From NCBI GenBank assembly GCA_947478395.1, contig CANJVR010000003.1, forward strand, positions 160,001-224,000: a stretch of DNA of 64,000 nucleotides, in the 5' to 3' direction. The notes below the pieces were generated by a model that searched no databases, had not been told where the DNA came from, and saw only the letters and a program-made list of their open reading frames with translations. Positions 43,915 through 54,375 of the stretch are shown here, piece by piece; the first letter of the stretch is position 1, and every line of letters begins with the position of its first letter. A program made the position numbers and the translations under genes. Source of the stretch: Opitutia bacterium. Its GTDB lineage: Bacteria > Verrucomicrobiota > Verrucomicrobiia > Opitutales > Opitutaceae.

Positions 43915-44013
43915 TTCCAAATCGAATTTATCCCCGAGGTTTCGTTCCCGCAAGTCTCCCGCATTGGACTGCGTGTTATTCGAAGCGTCATCGGGCAATC
44001 CGCAGCAATGGGA

Positions 44014-45315
44014 TCACGGTTTTCGTTCGGCCAACGCTTTCGCAACCCGACCATCAAGATGGATGGCTTGCGCAGGGAAAGCGAAGCCGAGACCTCGAGC
44101 GGCCACGGCCCGCATCATGGCGAGATTGATGCGCTGCTTGGCCGCGAGATTCTTTTTCAGGTCGGGATCCTTGGTGACGTACGCTAGCCAGATATCGAGC
44201 GATGAAGCACTGAGATCCCGGAAAAACACCTGGACCGACGCGGGGTCCACTTCGTCTTCGGCGCCGATGATGGTCCGGATTTCTTCCACGATCGCGGCCA
44301 TCTGGTCCGGCGTCGTGTCGTACGTCAGAGTGAGCACCTGCTCGACGCGCCGCTGCGTGAAGCGGGAAAGATTCACAATTGCCTCCGACGACACGGTTTT
44401 GTTCGGGATGATCGCGAGCGACTTGTCGACGAGCCGGATTTTCGTCGAACGCAGTCCGATGTCTTCGACCGTCCCGGTGTTGGCGCCGATTTTCACCGTT
44501 TCACCGATTTTAAACGGCTGGTCGATCGCGACCACGATCGAGCCGAAAAGATTCGCAATCGTGTCCTGCGCCGCGAGCGCGAAGGCCAGTCCGCCGATGC
44601 CGAGGCCGGCCAGCATGGCCTTCACGTCGTAGTGAAGGCTCTGCAAAACCAGCAGCACCCCGAAGATCACGAAAATGCTGATAAGCGCTTTCTTGATCCA
44701 CGGCATAAACGCCGCGATGCCCATCTGTCGCGCAGTCGCCAACTCCTGGGCATGGTCCAACACGGCGCCAAACGCCCGCAACAAGCCCCAAAACACGACA
44801 AGAGAAAAAGCCACGGTGGATCCGTAGCCGATGGCTGAATCGGTCGCGGCGTTCAGTTTCAGCACCTTTAACGCCGCGAAAATTCCAACGACCATGATGA
44901 ACGTGGCGACGGGCGTCTCGAGGGCCGGAAATAACTTGTCGTCGAGGGTGGTCGTGGTTTTTGCCGCCAGTCGCTTCAGCTGGGCGAAAATGATATTCGT
45001 GACGACCCGCCGCAGTAGAATCGCGCCGACTAAAAACAGGGCACTGATCACGTAGTGCGTGGCCGTGTTGCCGCTGTTCTGAACGTCGAAAAGCGCCAGC
45101 ACTTCATCCACGAGTTGCTCCAGCAGATCGGGGGATCGAATGTCTGTTGGCTTGGACGCGGTGGCCGCGATGGCCCCCACTGCATTCGTATTCAACGCGA
45201 CATCGGCATTTTCCGCCGCCTGGGCGGGCGCGCCGGCCGGCGCCTGCGCGCTAAGTCCAGGCCGGAACAACAGAAGAGCGGCGATTGAGGCGGAGAGGAA
45301 AAGAAGACGTTTCAT
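44014..45315 (-). CDS. MscS-family mechanosensitive channel
   Basis: GLGIGGLAFALAAQDT..NLFG, PFKIG, GTVEDIGLRSTKIR, IPN. Confidence 0.93.
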   Translation of the reverse strand: MKRLLFLSASIAALLLFRPGLSAQAPAGAPAQAAENADVALNTNAVGAIAATASKPTDIRSPDLLEQLVDEVLALFDVQNSGNTATHYVISALFLVGAILLRRVVTNIIFAQLKRLAAKTTTTLDDKLFPALETPVATFIMVVGIFAALKVLKLNAATDSAIGYGSTVAFSLVVFWGLLRAFGAVLDHAQELATARQMGIAAFMPWIKKALISIFVIFGVLLVLQSLHYDVKAMLAGLGIGGLAFALAAQDTIANLFGSIVVAIDQPFKIGETVKIGANTGTVEDIGLRSTKIRLVDKSLAIIPNKTVSSEAIVNLSRFTQRRVEQVLTLTYDTTPDQMAAIVEEIRTIIGAEDEVDPASVQVFFRDLSASSLDIWLAYVTKDPDLKKNLAAKQRINLAMMRAVAARGLGFAFPAQAIHLDGRVAKALAERKP

Positions 45316-45465
45316 TGTCCGTGCGAATCAACGACGGCGTCCGGGCATGTCAAAAACTTTGCCCTTCTCCCGCGAGGGTTGCAGCGACTGGAATTCGGCG
45401 CGGCATTTCGATCATCGCACTCGCCGCTTGCCCGCGGTGTCTGCGCCTCGCCAACATCTGCGGCG

Positions 45466-46416
45466 ATGTTTCCGCTATTTTCCATCATCAACACGATGCC
45501 GCCATGGGCGTGGGCCGCGTTTTTCCTTTTCATCACCGCGATGCTCGCGCTCGACCTCGGGGTTTTTCAACGCGACTCGCACGTCGTAAGCATGAAGGAG
45601 GCCCTGGGTTGGTGCGTCGTTTGGGGTGCTCTCGCGTTGGGCTTCGGCGGACTGCTGTGGTGGTGGCGGGGCCCGGAACCGGCGCAGCAGTTTATCGCCG
45701 GCTATCTCATCGAATTGTGCCTGAGCGTGGACAACGTTTTTGTTTTCATCCTCGTGTTCGCGCACTTCAAGGTGAAGCCGCGCTACCAGCACCGGGTGTT
45801 GTTTTGGGGCATCATCGGAGCCGTGTTCATGCGGGCGGTTTTCATCGTGGTCGGCGTCAGCGTGATCGCCCGCTTTCACTGGATTCTCTACCTGTTCGGC
45901 GCGTTCCTCGTTTACACGGGGATCAAGATGGCGTTGCCCAGCTCGTCGGAGGCCGAAGTCGATCCCGAGCACAACGCCGCCGTGCGGCTCTTCCGGCGCT
46001 TCTTCGCCATCGCGCCGCACAACGAACACGGCCATTTTTTCACGCATCACGAGGGTCGCCGCATGGCCACGCCGATGTTCATCGTGCTCATCGTCATCGA
46101 AACCACCGATCTCGTTTTCGCCCTCGATTCGCTCCCGGCGGTACTCGCCATCACCAAGGACAGCTTCGTGGCGCTCACCTCTAATATTTTTGCGATCCTT
46201 GGGCTGCGCTCCCTCTATTTTGCGCTGAGCGGCATTATGCAGCTTTTCCGCTACTTGAAAATCGGCCTCGCGGTGATCCTCGTTTTCATCGGGGTGAAAA
46301 TGCTCGTCGAGCACTGGGTGGAAATTACGACGACGACCTCGCTCTGCGTGATCGGAACGGTGCTCGCCACCTCCGTGCTGATGTCGGTGCTGATCGCATC
46401 GGAGAAGCCAAAATAA
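45466..46416 (+). CDS. TerC/Alx-family membrane protein
   Basis: E..LSVDNVFVF, QHRVLFWGI, E.TDLVFALDS.PA, SNIFAILGLR. Confidence 0.94.
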   Translation: MFPLFSIINTMPPWAWAAFFLFITAMLALDLGVFQRDSHVVSMKEALGWCVVWGALALGFGGLLWWWRGPEPAQQFIAGYLIELCLSVDNVFVFILVFAHFKVKPRYQHRVLFWGIIGAVFMRAVFIVVGVSVIARFHWILYLFGAFLVYTGIKMALPSSSEAEVDPEHNAAVRLFRRFFAIAPHNEHGHFFTHHEGRRMATPMFIVLIVIETTDLVFALDSLPAVLAITKDSFVALTSNIFAILGLRSLYFALSGIMQLFRYLKIGLAVILVFIGVKMLVEHWVEITTTTSLCVIGTVLATSVLMSVLIASEKPK

Positions 46417-46456
46417 TGAGAGGCGCGCGGGGAAAAATCTCCGCGCTCCAAATCAG

Positions 46457-46906
46457 CTAAGGTAGAAACCGCTGCACCCACTCAGGCCGGGCGAGAGGCT
46501 GGGATTCCCATTCACCGAAAAGCCGATAACGCCAGCGTGCGATCAATTTGTAGACGGCATCGCGCCAGCCGCGCGGCAGGATGCGAAGCCACGCGATAAG
46601 CCGCCCCATTCCGCCAACCGCACGGGCCGCAGCGAGCGCGCCATCCGTGCGTAACAAGAACTCGGCTTCGGCGCGCCGCGTCCAATCCGGTACAAACACC
46701 AGCGAATCAAAATCCGCGGTCGGCAATCCGTGCGCCTTCAAATAATGCTGCGCCGTGGGACCCTGTAACGACGCGAAATGCAGGATCCTTTTCCGGTCGA
46801 GGCGCAGCAACAGGTGTACGATCCGCTGACACAGCCCGCACTCTCCGTCGAAAAACAAAACAGGCCCCGGGAGCGCGGCGGTCGAAAGAGACGGTGGCTG
46901 GTGCAC
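46457..46906 (-). CDS. DCC-family thiol-disulfide oxidoreductase (YuxK-like)
   Basis: FFDGECGLC, FASLQ, RDAVY..IA..RYRLFG. Confidence 0.9.
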   Translation of the reverse strand: MHQPPSLSTAALPGPVLFFDGECGLCQRIVHLLLRLDRKRILHFASLQGPTAQHYLKAHGLPTADFDSLVFVPDWTRRAEAEFLLRTDGALAAARAVGGMGRLIAWLRILPRGWRDAVYKLIARWRYRLFGEWESQPLARPEWVQRFLP

Positions 46907-47373
46907 GCCCTACACAAGCCCGTCCCGGACGCACGGCAAGCCGGCGCGCATCGCCGCATTGGGCGGCGCTTTCCTGAAATACGGCACGCTATCGCGCGAT
47001 TCTGCGGTACTCGCTTCGGCAACGATCGCGTTGCGCTGCGTCAACACGCGTTCATGCGCCTCGTCGCTGATCTCGCGATGAAGCGAGGTCCAAACCGCGA
47101 GCTGTCGCCAAACGCGCCGGCGATATCGCGTTAAAGGGTGCCGCGACTGAGAGGTGAACCCATATTTATACAAACAGACCACCCCGGTTAATATTGGGAT
47201 GATTGTTGGAGTAATTTTATTTTTGATCGGGGCCATTTCGGTCACCGTGAAAATAGGGTGGTCGCAATTGGAGCCTAACCCATGGCGCCAACGGCCAACG
47301 CCGCCAACCTGGACGCGTGCGCCGTCGGGTTTGGGTTGCGCGGCGCCGCGGGACCGACCCAAGTTCTTTCGGC

Positions 47374-48537
47374 ATGAGTTTTGATTTCGACACCTCCATT
47401 TCCCGGGCGGACACGGATTCGCAAAAATGGCAGAAATATGCCGGGCGCGATGTGCTGCCGCTTTGGGTGGCGGACATGGATTTTCGTTCCTCGCCGGCCA
47501 TCATCGATGCTTTGCATGCCCGCGTGAACCATGGGGTGTTTGGCTATGCGCGACCAGTGAATTCGACCGTCGATGCGTTAGTCGATGCGCTGGCTGCACG
47601 CTACGGCTGGCAGATCGACCGCTCATGGATTGTCTGGCTGCCGGGTTTAGTGTGCGGGCTGAACGTCACCGCCCAAGCTTTCGCCCAGCCCGGCGAAGAA
47701 GTGCTCACCCTGACGCCGGTATATCCGCCGTTTATGAGCGCCCCGAAAAACAGTGCACGCGGCTCGGCCCAAGTCCCCTGGGTGCTGACCGGCGGCAGCT
47801 GGCAGATCGACTGGCCCGCGCTGGAGCGCGCGATCAGCCCACGGACCAAACTTTTCTATCTGTGCAATCCGCACAATCCGCTCGCGCGCGTCTGGCGGCG
47901 CGAGGAGTTGACCCGGCTTGCCGATTTCTGCGTGCGGCATCAGCTCGTGCTTTGCTCCGATGAGATCCACTGCGACCTGATCCTCGATCGCGCGCTGCCG
48001 CATATCCCGACCGCCGCGCTTTCGCCGGAAATTGCTGCGCGTACCGTCACGCTCATGGCGCCAAGCAAGACTTACAACGTGCCGGGCCTCGGAACCTCCT
48101 TTGCCATTATCAGCGATCCGGCATTGCGGGCGCAGTTCGTCCGCGCGACCTCCGGCATCGTGGCCGAAGTCACGTCACTCGGCTTCACCGCCTGTGAAGC
48201 CGCGTATCGCGACAGCGAGCCCTGGCGCCAGGCGCTCCTCACTGCGTTGCGGGGCAACCGCGATTTCCTGCTGGATTTTCTAGCCCGTGAAATGCCCGCC
48301 GTGCGCGTCGAGGCGCCAATCGAGGCCACCTATCTCGCCTGGCTCAACGTCGAGGCGCTGGCCCTGCCTGATCCCGTCGCGCATTTTGAAAAACACGGGG
48401 TGGGCCTCAGTGATGGCGCGTTTTTCGGCTCACCGAAAGGCCGGCATGTGCGCCTTAATTTCGGCTGTCCGCGGACGTTGCTCGCGGACGCGCTGAACCG
48501 GATGAAGGTCGCTGTGGCCGCGGCCAGCCGACGTTAG
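47374..48537 (+). CDS. MalY/PatB-family PLP-dependent C-S lyase
   Basis: PLWVADMDF, LCNPHNP, SDEIH, APSKTYN, ATYLAWL, RLNFGC. Confidence 0.93.
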   Translation: MSFDFDTSISRADTDSQKWQKYAGRDVLPLWVADMDFRSSPAIIDALHARVNHGVFGYARPVNSTVDALVDALAARYGWQIDRSWIVWLPGLVCGLNVTAQAFAQPGEEVLTLTPVYPPFMSAPKNSARGSAQVPWVLTGGSWQIDWPALERAISPRTKLFYLCNPHNPLARVWRREELTRLADFCVRHQLVLCSDEIHCDLILDRALPHIPTAALSPEIAARTVTLMAPSKTYNVPGLGTSFAIISDPALRAQFVRATSGIVAEVTSLGFTACEAAYRDSEPWRQALLTALRGNRDFLLDFLAREMPAVRVEAPIEATYLAWLNVEALALPDPVAHFEKHGVGLSDGAFFGSPKGRHVRLNFGCPRTLLADALNRMKVAVAAASRR

Positions 48538-48612
48538 CGGCGCCGCTGCGGTTTTTTTGCGCACAAACCGTCGAGGTTGCAGCGGACGGAGGGGCACGTT
48601 TTGTTAAAGGCG

Positions 48613-49725
48613 ATGCGCCTCGGACCGTATACGCTGGCTTCAAATCTGTTTCTTTCGCCGCTGGCGGGCTACACCAACCTGCCCATGCGACTCACGATCC
48701 GCGAAATTGGCGGGCTCGGCTGGGCGACGACGGATCTCGTCAACGCGCGCTCTCTTCTCGAAAAAAATCGTGTCGCGTTGCAACTCGTCGCCTCGGCGCC
48801 GGCCGACCGGCCGCTGGCGATCCAGCTTTTCGGTAGCGTCCCCGAGGAAATGCGCGACGCCGCCGCCATGTGCGAAGCGCTCGGAGCGCAGTCGGTCGAC
48901 ATCAACATGGGTTGTCCGGTGAAGAAAGTCGTCCGCATCGGCGGCGGCTCCGCCATGATGAACGAACTCGACAAAACCGCGGCCCTCGTGCGCGGCATGA
49001 TTGCGGCGGTGAAAATTCCGGTCACCGCCAAAATGAGGCTGGGCTGGGATGACGACAACCTCACGGCGCCCGATCTGGCCCGGGTGCTCGAGGACGTCGG
49101 GGTCGCGGCGATTTTTGTACACGGCCGTACCCGCGCGCAGGGATTTTCGGGGACCGTGAATCTAGCGGGCATCCGCTCGGTCGTGGCGGCGGTAAAGACC
49201 ATCCCGGTGATCGGCAACGGAGACATCACGACTCCCGCCGCGGCGCGCCACATGCTCGCTGAGACCGGTTGCGCGGGCGTGAGCATGGGTCGCGGCGCGT
49301 TCTACGATCCGTGGATTTTTCGCCGCACGGAGCACTTGATCCGCACCGGCGAACTCCTACCTGAGCCGGATTTCAATGAACGCCTACGGGTGTTGCGGAT
49401 CCATTTTGAGCGCTACCTGGAATTCTACGGCGAGGAGCACGGCGCTAAACTTTTTCGCAAAGTAGCCCCCTGGTACGCGAAGCGTTTTGGCCCCGCCAAG
49501 CCGTTTAAAAATCGCATGATCACGATCCAGTCGCGCGCCGATTTTGAGGCGGCGATCGCGGAGTTTGTCGGGTGGCGCGCCCAGTTTTGCGACGATCGCG
49601 GCGAACTCCTCGAGAAATTCGCCCCCGCGCCCATGATCGCCTCGTTCATGCGTGATCCGGACGAAGCGGAAGTTTACCAGCGCGACTCGATTCCCGTACC
49701 GAAGGGACCGGTCGAGGTGTGGTAA
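48613..49725 (+). CDS. dusB: tRNA-dihydrouridine synthase B
   Basis: PLAGYT, IQLFG, DINMGCP, HGRTR, IGNGD. Confidence 0.92.
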   Translation: MRLGPYTLASNLFLSPLAGYTNLPMRLTIREIGGLGWATTDLVNARSLLEKNRVALQLVASAPADRPLAIQLFGSVPEEMRDAAAMCEALGAQSVDINMGCPVKKVVRIGGGSAMMNELDKTAALVRGMIAAVKIPVTAKMRLGWDDDNLTAPDLARVLEDVGVAAIFVHGRTRAQGFSGTVNLAGIRSVVAAVKTIPVIGNGDITTPAAARHMLAETGCAGVSMGRGAFYDPWIFRRTEHLIRTGELLPEPDFNERLRVLRIHFERYLEFYGEEHGAKLFRKVAPWYAKRFGPAKPFKNRMITIQSRADFEAAIAEFVGWRAQFCDDRGELLEKFAPAPMIASFMRDPDEAEVYQRDSIPVPKGPVEVW

Positions 49726-49827
49726 GTATGGGGTTCAGTTGCCATGGCACCCGCGGTTGAGTCTAGTCGCCGTGTCGGTTCAGAATAATTTTTCGGCCCA
49801 ACAAATCACGATCGCGAATTTCAATTC

Positions 49828-50508
49828 ATGCCCGCGGCCTCACATTTTTGGGAGCTGATCCTCGGCACGGTGATTGCACTCTTGCCCTTGATCAATCCGC
49901 TCGCGACGGCTCCGACGTTTCTCGCCATCACCGAAGGCGATTCGCGTGAACGCCGCCTCCAGCAACTGCGCAAGGCGTGCATGTACATGGTCGCGATTCT
50001 CGTGTCTTTCCTCGTGGGCGGGACGTTCATCATGGGATTCTTCGGCCTGTCGATTCCCGGACTGCGCATTGCGGGCGGGTTGCTCGTGGCGGGCATCGGC
50101 TCGGGCTTGTTGATGGCGCCGGCGCGTGAAGCCGAATCAAATGATCCCGCGCACGTCGAGGCCCGCGCAAAACGGGACGTGTCATTTTCACCCTTGGCGA
50201 TGCCGATGATGAGTGGCCCGGGTTCAATCGCTGTCACGGTGGGTTTCACCTCACTCGCGAAGGGTTGGCTCGATTACACCGCGATCATTCTAGGGATCTT
50301 GATCGTGGCGGTCATTACCTATGGCACGCTCCGGCTGGCGGAGCGCGTGGTGCTTGTGATCGGGGTAAACAGCATGAACGCGCTGTCCAAGATGATGGGG
50401 TTTTTGATCCTGTGCATCGGAATCCAATTCGTCGTCAACGGCGTGCTGGGCATCGCGACCGACCCTGTGCTACTGAGAGGCATACGCGATGCCGTGCTGG
50501 AAAAGTAA
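49828..50508 (+). CDS. MarC-family membrane protein
   Basis: INPL...P.F, RIAGG, PLAMP..SGPGSI, MGFLIL.IGIQF. Confidence 0.92.
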   Translation: MPAASHFWELILGTVIALLPLINPLATAPTFLAITEGDSRERRLQQLRKACMYMVAILVSFLVGGTFIMGFFGLSIPGLRIAGGLLVAGIGSGLLMAPAREAESNDPAHVEARAKRDVSFSPLAMPMMSGPGSIAVTVGFTSLAKGWLDYTAIILGILIVAVITYGTLRLAERVVLVIGVNSMNALSKMMGFLILCIGIQFVVNGVLGIATDPVLLRGIRDAVLEK

Positions 50509-50924
50509 GGGCTCAGAATCGCCAGGTAACGATCGCTCCGGACTTTTCCTTGAACGGGAGTTGATGCGTGGTCGCACCCCCACGAAAATGATCCTCCGGC
50601 CCGGGTTGTTGTGCACCGCTTGACTGGCCCAGACGAGCAGGACCACGACCGCGGCCAGCAGCACGTTGCGCCTCTTATTTTTCCTTCAGACCTACTCGCG
50701 GGAAGCGTCTCGCGTCCTAAGTTTAAATTTTAGCGGGGTGTCCTCGGCCCATGGAACGACGGGCGCCAGAAGGCTTGTATGGAGCCAAAGCCAACGGTGG
50801 CTTCATCCGCCGCGGCAGTGGGCACACGTTCACTCATTTGACCATAAAAGTCGCGTCAGGGTGTGGGCAGAACCAAAAAGATTCCCTCGCGGTACACCCC
50901 AGCTTTCCCCAACTCTATTGCTCC

Positions 50925-51197
50925 ATGTTTACTCCGAAGAGAATGTCCCGGCCGGCCTTGAGTCTAAGTTGCCTCCTGCTCGTGCTGGGCAGCGGTTGTT
51001 TCCATTCAAAAAAGAACGCTACGCCCAAAGAGAATCCGGCGATCGCCAGTGAGACTGAGGCGGATTTTAAACAACGTTTCATGGAAAAGCGGATGGCCGA
51101 GCTGGTCGCGCAGGGCGTCGCGCCCGACGCCGCACGCGTGCGTGCCAACGAGGAATTTCGCTCGAAGTACAGCGCGACGACGGCGGCCCAAAAGTAA
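50925..51197 (+). CDS. Small hypothetical lipoprotein
   Basis: LLLVLGSGC lipobox-like, followed by a charged helical segment; start is 50925 or 50943. Confidence 0.65.
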   Translation: MFTPKRMSRPALSLSCLLLVLGSGCFHSKKNATPKENPAIASETEADFKQRFMEKRMAELVAQGVAPDAARVRANEEFRSKYSATTAAQK

Positions 51198-51274
51198 GCC
51201 GGGCTTGATCGCACCATCCGCTGTCAGCGCATGGTGCGTTGACGCCGCGGGTGACGTCACGAAGCGTCGGCCGA

Positions 51275-52192
51275 GTGTCTGACACCCAACCCACTTCCGC
51301 CGGTACGCGGGGCGCGATCGCGGCAGCGAGTAGTTATCTCCTCTGGGGCCTGGTGCCGTTGTTCTGGCATCAGCTGGCGGCGGTGGACGCCGTCGAACTG
51401 ATTGCCCACCGGTTGGTGTGGTCGATGGTGTTCGTGCTCGTGTTGCTGATGTGGCGGGGCGGATTCGGCGCCATGCGGACGGCGCTCGCCACGAAGGAGT
51501 CGTTTGCGATCAATCTGCTCGGGAGCAGTCTGCTGACGGTGAACTGGCTCGTCTACGTATGGGCGGTGAACCACGGCCACGTGATTGAGTGCAGTCTCGG
51601 TTATTTTTTAGTGCCGTTGCTCAACGTGGCGCTAGGCCGTTGGGTGCTGCGGGAGCATTTACGGCCGCTGCAATGGATCGCGATCGCGGGTGCGGCGCTG
51701 GGCGTCGCCGTGCAAATCGTTCAAGTGGGACAGGTCCCGTGGATCGCCCTCGCGCTCGCCGTGAGCTTCGGGTGCTACGGTTTGCTCCGCAAGCGATCCA
51801 CCTTGGGTCCGCTGGCGGGACTGGCGGTGGAGACTACGTTGCTCGCGCCGCTGGCCGCGGGATTTTTGATTTGGAGGCAGCTCATGGAAAAGGGCGCGCT
51901 GGGGCACGTCGATGCCACGACGCAAGGTATTATCCTAAGCACGGGAGTGGTGACCGCGATTCCCCTGCTGCTCTTCGCGTATGGCGCGCGACGCATCCGG
52001 CTCACCACGCTCGGGCTGCTACAGTACATCGCCCCGACCGTTCAGTTTGCGCTCGGTGTGGCGGTCTTCCACGAGAGTTTCACCCGCGACCGCGCGCTTT
52101 CGTTTGCGCTGATCTGGGCCGGTCTCGCGCTCTACACTTTCGACAACCTGTGGGCGCAGCAACGGACGCGGCGCGAGCTCAGTCGTGTTTGA
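51275..52192 (+). CDS. rarD: RarD (EamA-family) permease
   Basis: Y.LWG..P, AHR.VWS, NW..YVWAVN, SLGYF..P, YGLLRK, LQYIAP. Confidence 0.93.
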   Translation: MSDTQPTSAGTRGAIAAASSYLLWGLVPLFWHQLAAVDAVELIAHRLVWSMVFVLVLLMWRGGFGAMRTALATKESFAINLLGSSLLTVNWLVYVWAVNHGHVIECSLGYFLVPLLNVALGRWVLREHLRPLQWIAIAGAALGVAVQIVQVGQVPWIALALAVSFGCYGLLRKRSTLGPLAGLAVETTLLAPLAAGFLIWRQLMEKGALGHVDATTQGIILSTGVVTAIPLLLFAYGARRIRLTTLGLLQYIAPTVQFALGVAVFHESFTRDRALSFALIWAGLALYTFDNLWAQQRTRRELSRV

Positions 52193-52652
52193 TTTCAATC
52201 AACTCCATCGTGAACACGAGTGAAGTGCTGCGCGGGATGCGGGGGGCCTGGCCGCGCGTGCCGTAGGCCAGTTCCGGCGGGATCACGACGAGCCGTTTTT
52301 CGCCGAGGCGCATTTGTTGGATGATCTGATCCCAGCCCTGGATAACCATGTCGCGCGCGACGCGAAAAATGAACGGATGGTCTTTGTCGTTGTTCTGATC
52401 GAAGATTTCGCCGTTCAGCAGCCGGCCGACGTAGAGCACCGAAACGCTGTCGCCGGGCTTCGGGGTTTCGCCCGTGCCCGCTTTTTCGATGATGTAGCGA
52501 AGGCCGGTGTTGGTCTTTTTCGCCGTCGGCCAAGTTTTCTCGATGTACTCCACATCTTCCTGGGAAAACTTTTCCCGCTGGGCGCGCACCGCGGTGAGCG
52601 GGAAAAGAACGAAAGCACAAAGGCAGAGGGAAATTTTTGTCAGCGTTTTCAC
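52179..52652 (-). CDS. FKBP-type peptidyl-prolyl isomerase, exported
   Basis: V.YVG.L.NG..FD, VIQGWD, IPPELAYG, IP..TSLVF..EL; start GTG 52652 (uncertain). Confidence 0.92.
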   Translation of the reverse strand: MKTLTKISLCLCAFVLFPLTAVRAQREKFSQEDVEYIEKTWPTAKKTNTGLRYIIEKAGTGETPKPGDSVSVLYVGRLLNGEIFDQNNDKDHPFIFRVARDMVIQGWDQIIQQMRLGEKRLVVIPPELAYGTRGQAPRIPRSTSLVFTMELIEIKHD

Positions 52653-52709
52653 GGATAAGTCTTCCGGCATCCGTGGCATCCGTGTAATCGGTGGTCAAAG
52701 GATTTTTGC

Positions 52710-53681
52710 ATGACCAAGCCCCTCGTCGTTATTCTGTGCCCTAAGGAGTTCAAATTCACCGATAATCAGGCCACGGTGGAGCAGGCCTTTCTCGCCGATG
52801 TGGCGGAAATAAGAACCGTACGCCTCGATTTCAACGCGCCGTTTCCTCCGGAGGTGTTGGACGCCGCCGCGATCATCCTCTGGCACGGGCCTTTGGTGGA
52901 CGCCCGGGTCGTTGCCCAACTGAAAAATTGCCGGGCAATCATTCGTAACGGCGTGGGCTTCGACAGCGTGGACATCGCGGCGGCCGCAGCACGGGGCATT
53001 CCCGTGTGCAACGTTCCCGACTACGGCACCGAGGAAGTCGCGGATCATGCTATCGCCCTCACGCTGGCGCTGGTGCGTCAGCTTTTTCCGCTCGATGCGG
53101 AAGCGAAGCGGCTCAGTTGGAAAATTGAAGTGGCGGCCAAGATGCGCCGGTTGCGCACGCTGACGTTTGGGCTCGTGGGGCTGGGCCGCATCGGGATGGC
53201 CACCGCGCTGCGGGCCAAAGCGTTTGGCCTGCGCCCGATCTTCTTCGATCCCTTCGCTCCGGTCGGCATGCACAAGGCACTGGGGTTGGAACGCGTGGCG
53301 TCCCTGCCGGAGCTGCTTGGTGCGGCCGACATCGTTTCGATTCATTGCCCGCTCAGCGACGAGACCCGCGGTCTCATCGGCGAAAGAGAGATCGCGGCAA
53401 TGAAGCCAGGCTCTTTTCTGGTGAACACGGCGCGAGGCGACATTGTCCAAAAGGCGCCGGTTTTTGCCGCGCTGCGCTCGGGGCACTTGGCGGGCGCGGG
53501 ACTCGACGTCGTCGAAGCGGAACCGCTACGCACGACCGAGGAAGCGGCCACGCCGAACCTCATCGTCACCTGTCACGCCGCGTTCTGCAGTCCCGAGGGC
53601 ATCATCGAAATGCGCAGCACATCCGCGAAAATCGCCCGGGCCGCGGTGCTCGGTCAGCCGGTGTGGAATCGGGTAAACTGA
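52710..53681 (+). CDS. D-2-hydroxyacid dehydrogenase (CtBP-like)
   Basis: GVGFD.VD, NVPDYGTEEVADH, GLGRIG, HCPL, VNTARG, LDV.E.EP, HAAF. Confidence 0.92.
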   Translation: MTKPLVVILCPKEFKFTDNQATVEQAFLADVAEIRTVRLDFNAPFPPEVLDAAAIILWHGPLVDARVVAQLKNCRAIIRNGVGFDSVDIAAAAARGIPVCNVPDYGTEEVADHAIALTLALVRQLFPLDAEAKRLSWKIEVAAKMRRLRTLTFGLVGLGRIGMATALRAKAFGLRPIFFDPFAPVGMHKALGLERVASLPELLGAADIVSIHCPLSDETRGLIGEREIAAMKPGSFLVNTARGDIVQKAPVFAALRSGHLAGAGLDVVEAEPLRTTEEAATPNLIVTCHAAFCSPEGIIEMRSTSAKIARAAVLGQPVWNRVN

Positions 53682-53715
53682 ATCGCCGGCAAGAGCGATT
53701 CTCGTCCGTTCCGTT

Positions 53716-54318
53716 TTACCGCCGGATCGCCTCGTGCTTCGCCACGAGTGCGAGGGCTTGGTGGAGCAAAGTTTTCCCCGGTTCCATGCGGTGCCACGGT
53801 GAAGCGCCGGATGGATGCGGCAGCGGAATGCATGCCGCGGTGTGCCCACGATAGTTAATGGGAAAGCTCCGCCCGATGGTTTCGACCAGCGGGCGTTCGC
53901 CGAGAAATTGGGCGATCGCCAGCTTGCCCACCGGGAGGACGAGCGTGGGTCGGAGCAGCGCGAACTCCCGCTCAAGCCAGACGGAGCATCGGGCGATTTC
54001 ATCCGGCGCCGGCACACGGTCGCCGCCTTCCGGCCGCTTGCCAGGAAAACACCGGCAGACCGCAGCGAAATACATCCGGTCCCGGACTTCATCTTCGCTC
54101 CAACCGAGCGCGCCTTGGAACCACTTGAAAAGGGTTTTGCCCGCGGTCCACGCAAACGGTCGGTCGAGTTTAGGCTCCTTGTCGCCCGGCGCCTGGCCGA
54201 CCAACAGGACTCGGCTCACGACCGGCCGGCCAACGACCACGGGCTTGTGCATCCGCGGACAGCGATCGCAGGCGCGCAAAGCGGCGAGGTGTTTTTCGAC
54301 CGGCGTAAGTGTGGGCAT
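53716..54318 (-). CDS. Uracil-DNA glycosylase superfamily protein
   Basis: CDRC, VGQAPG, RCFPG, LPHPSG. Confidence 0.88.
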   Translation of the reverse strand: MPTLTPVEKHLAALRACDRCPRMHKPVVVGRPVVSRVLLVGQAPGDKEPKLDRPFAWTAGKTLFKWFQGALGWSEDEVRDRMYFAAVCRCFPGKRPEGGDRVPAPDEIARCSVWLEREFALLRPTLVLPVGKLAIAQFLGERPLVETIGRSFPINYRGHTAACIPLPHPSGASPWHRMEPGKTLLHQALALVAKHEAIRR

Positions 54319-54352
54319 AAAAAAGGCGGGCGGGCATTAAGCCCGTCCACCT
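54319..54352 (-). terminator. Terminator-like hairpin after the DEAD-box gene, abutting the UDG start codon
   Basis: Minus strand AGGTGGACGGGC-TTAAT-GCCCGCCCGCC-TTTTTT-ATG. Confidence 0.65.
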
Positions 54353-54375
54353 GAGTCGGAAGGTAAACGATAAAC

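Noticed and set aside
45316..45465. yybP-ykoY manganese riboswitch upstream of terC
   Set aside because: No recognisable GGGGAGUAG-type core, and a promoter-like motif sits only 8 nt from the ATG
50509..50924. Short hydrophobic ORF 50470-50664 and the upstream extension of the 50751 ORF
   Set aside because: It overlaps the marC end and matches no recognisable family; only the lipobox-containing part from 50925 is supported
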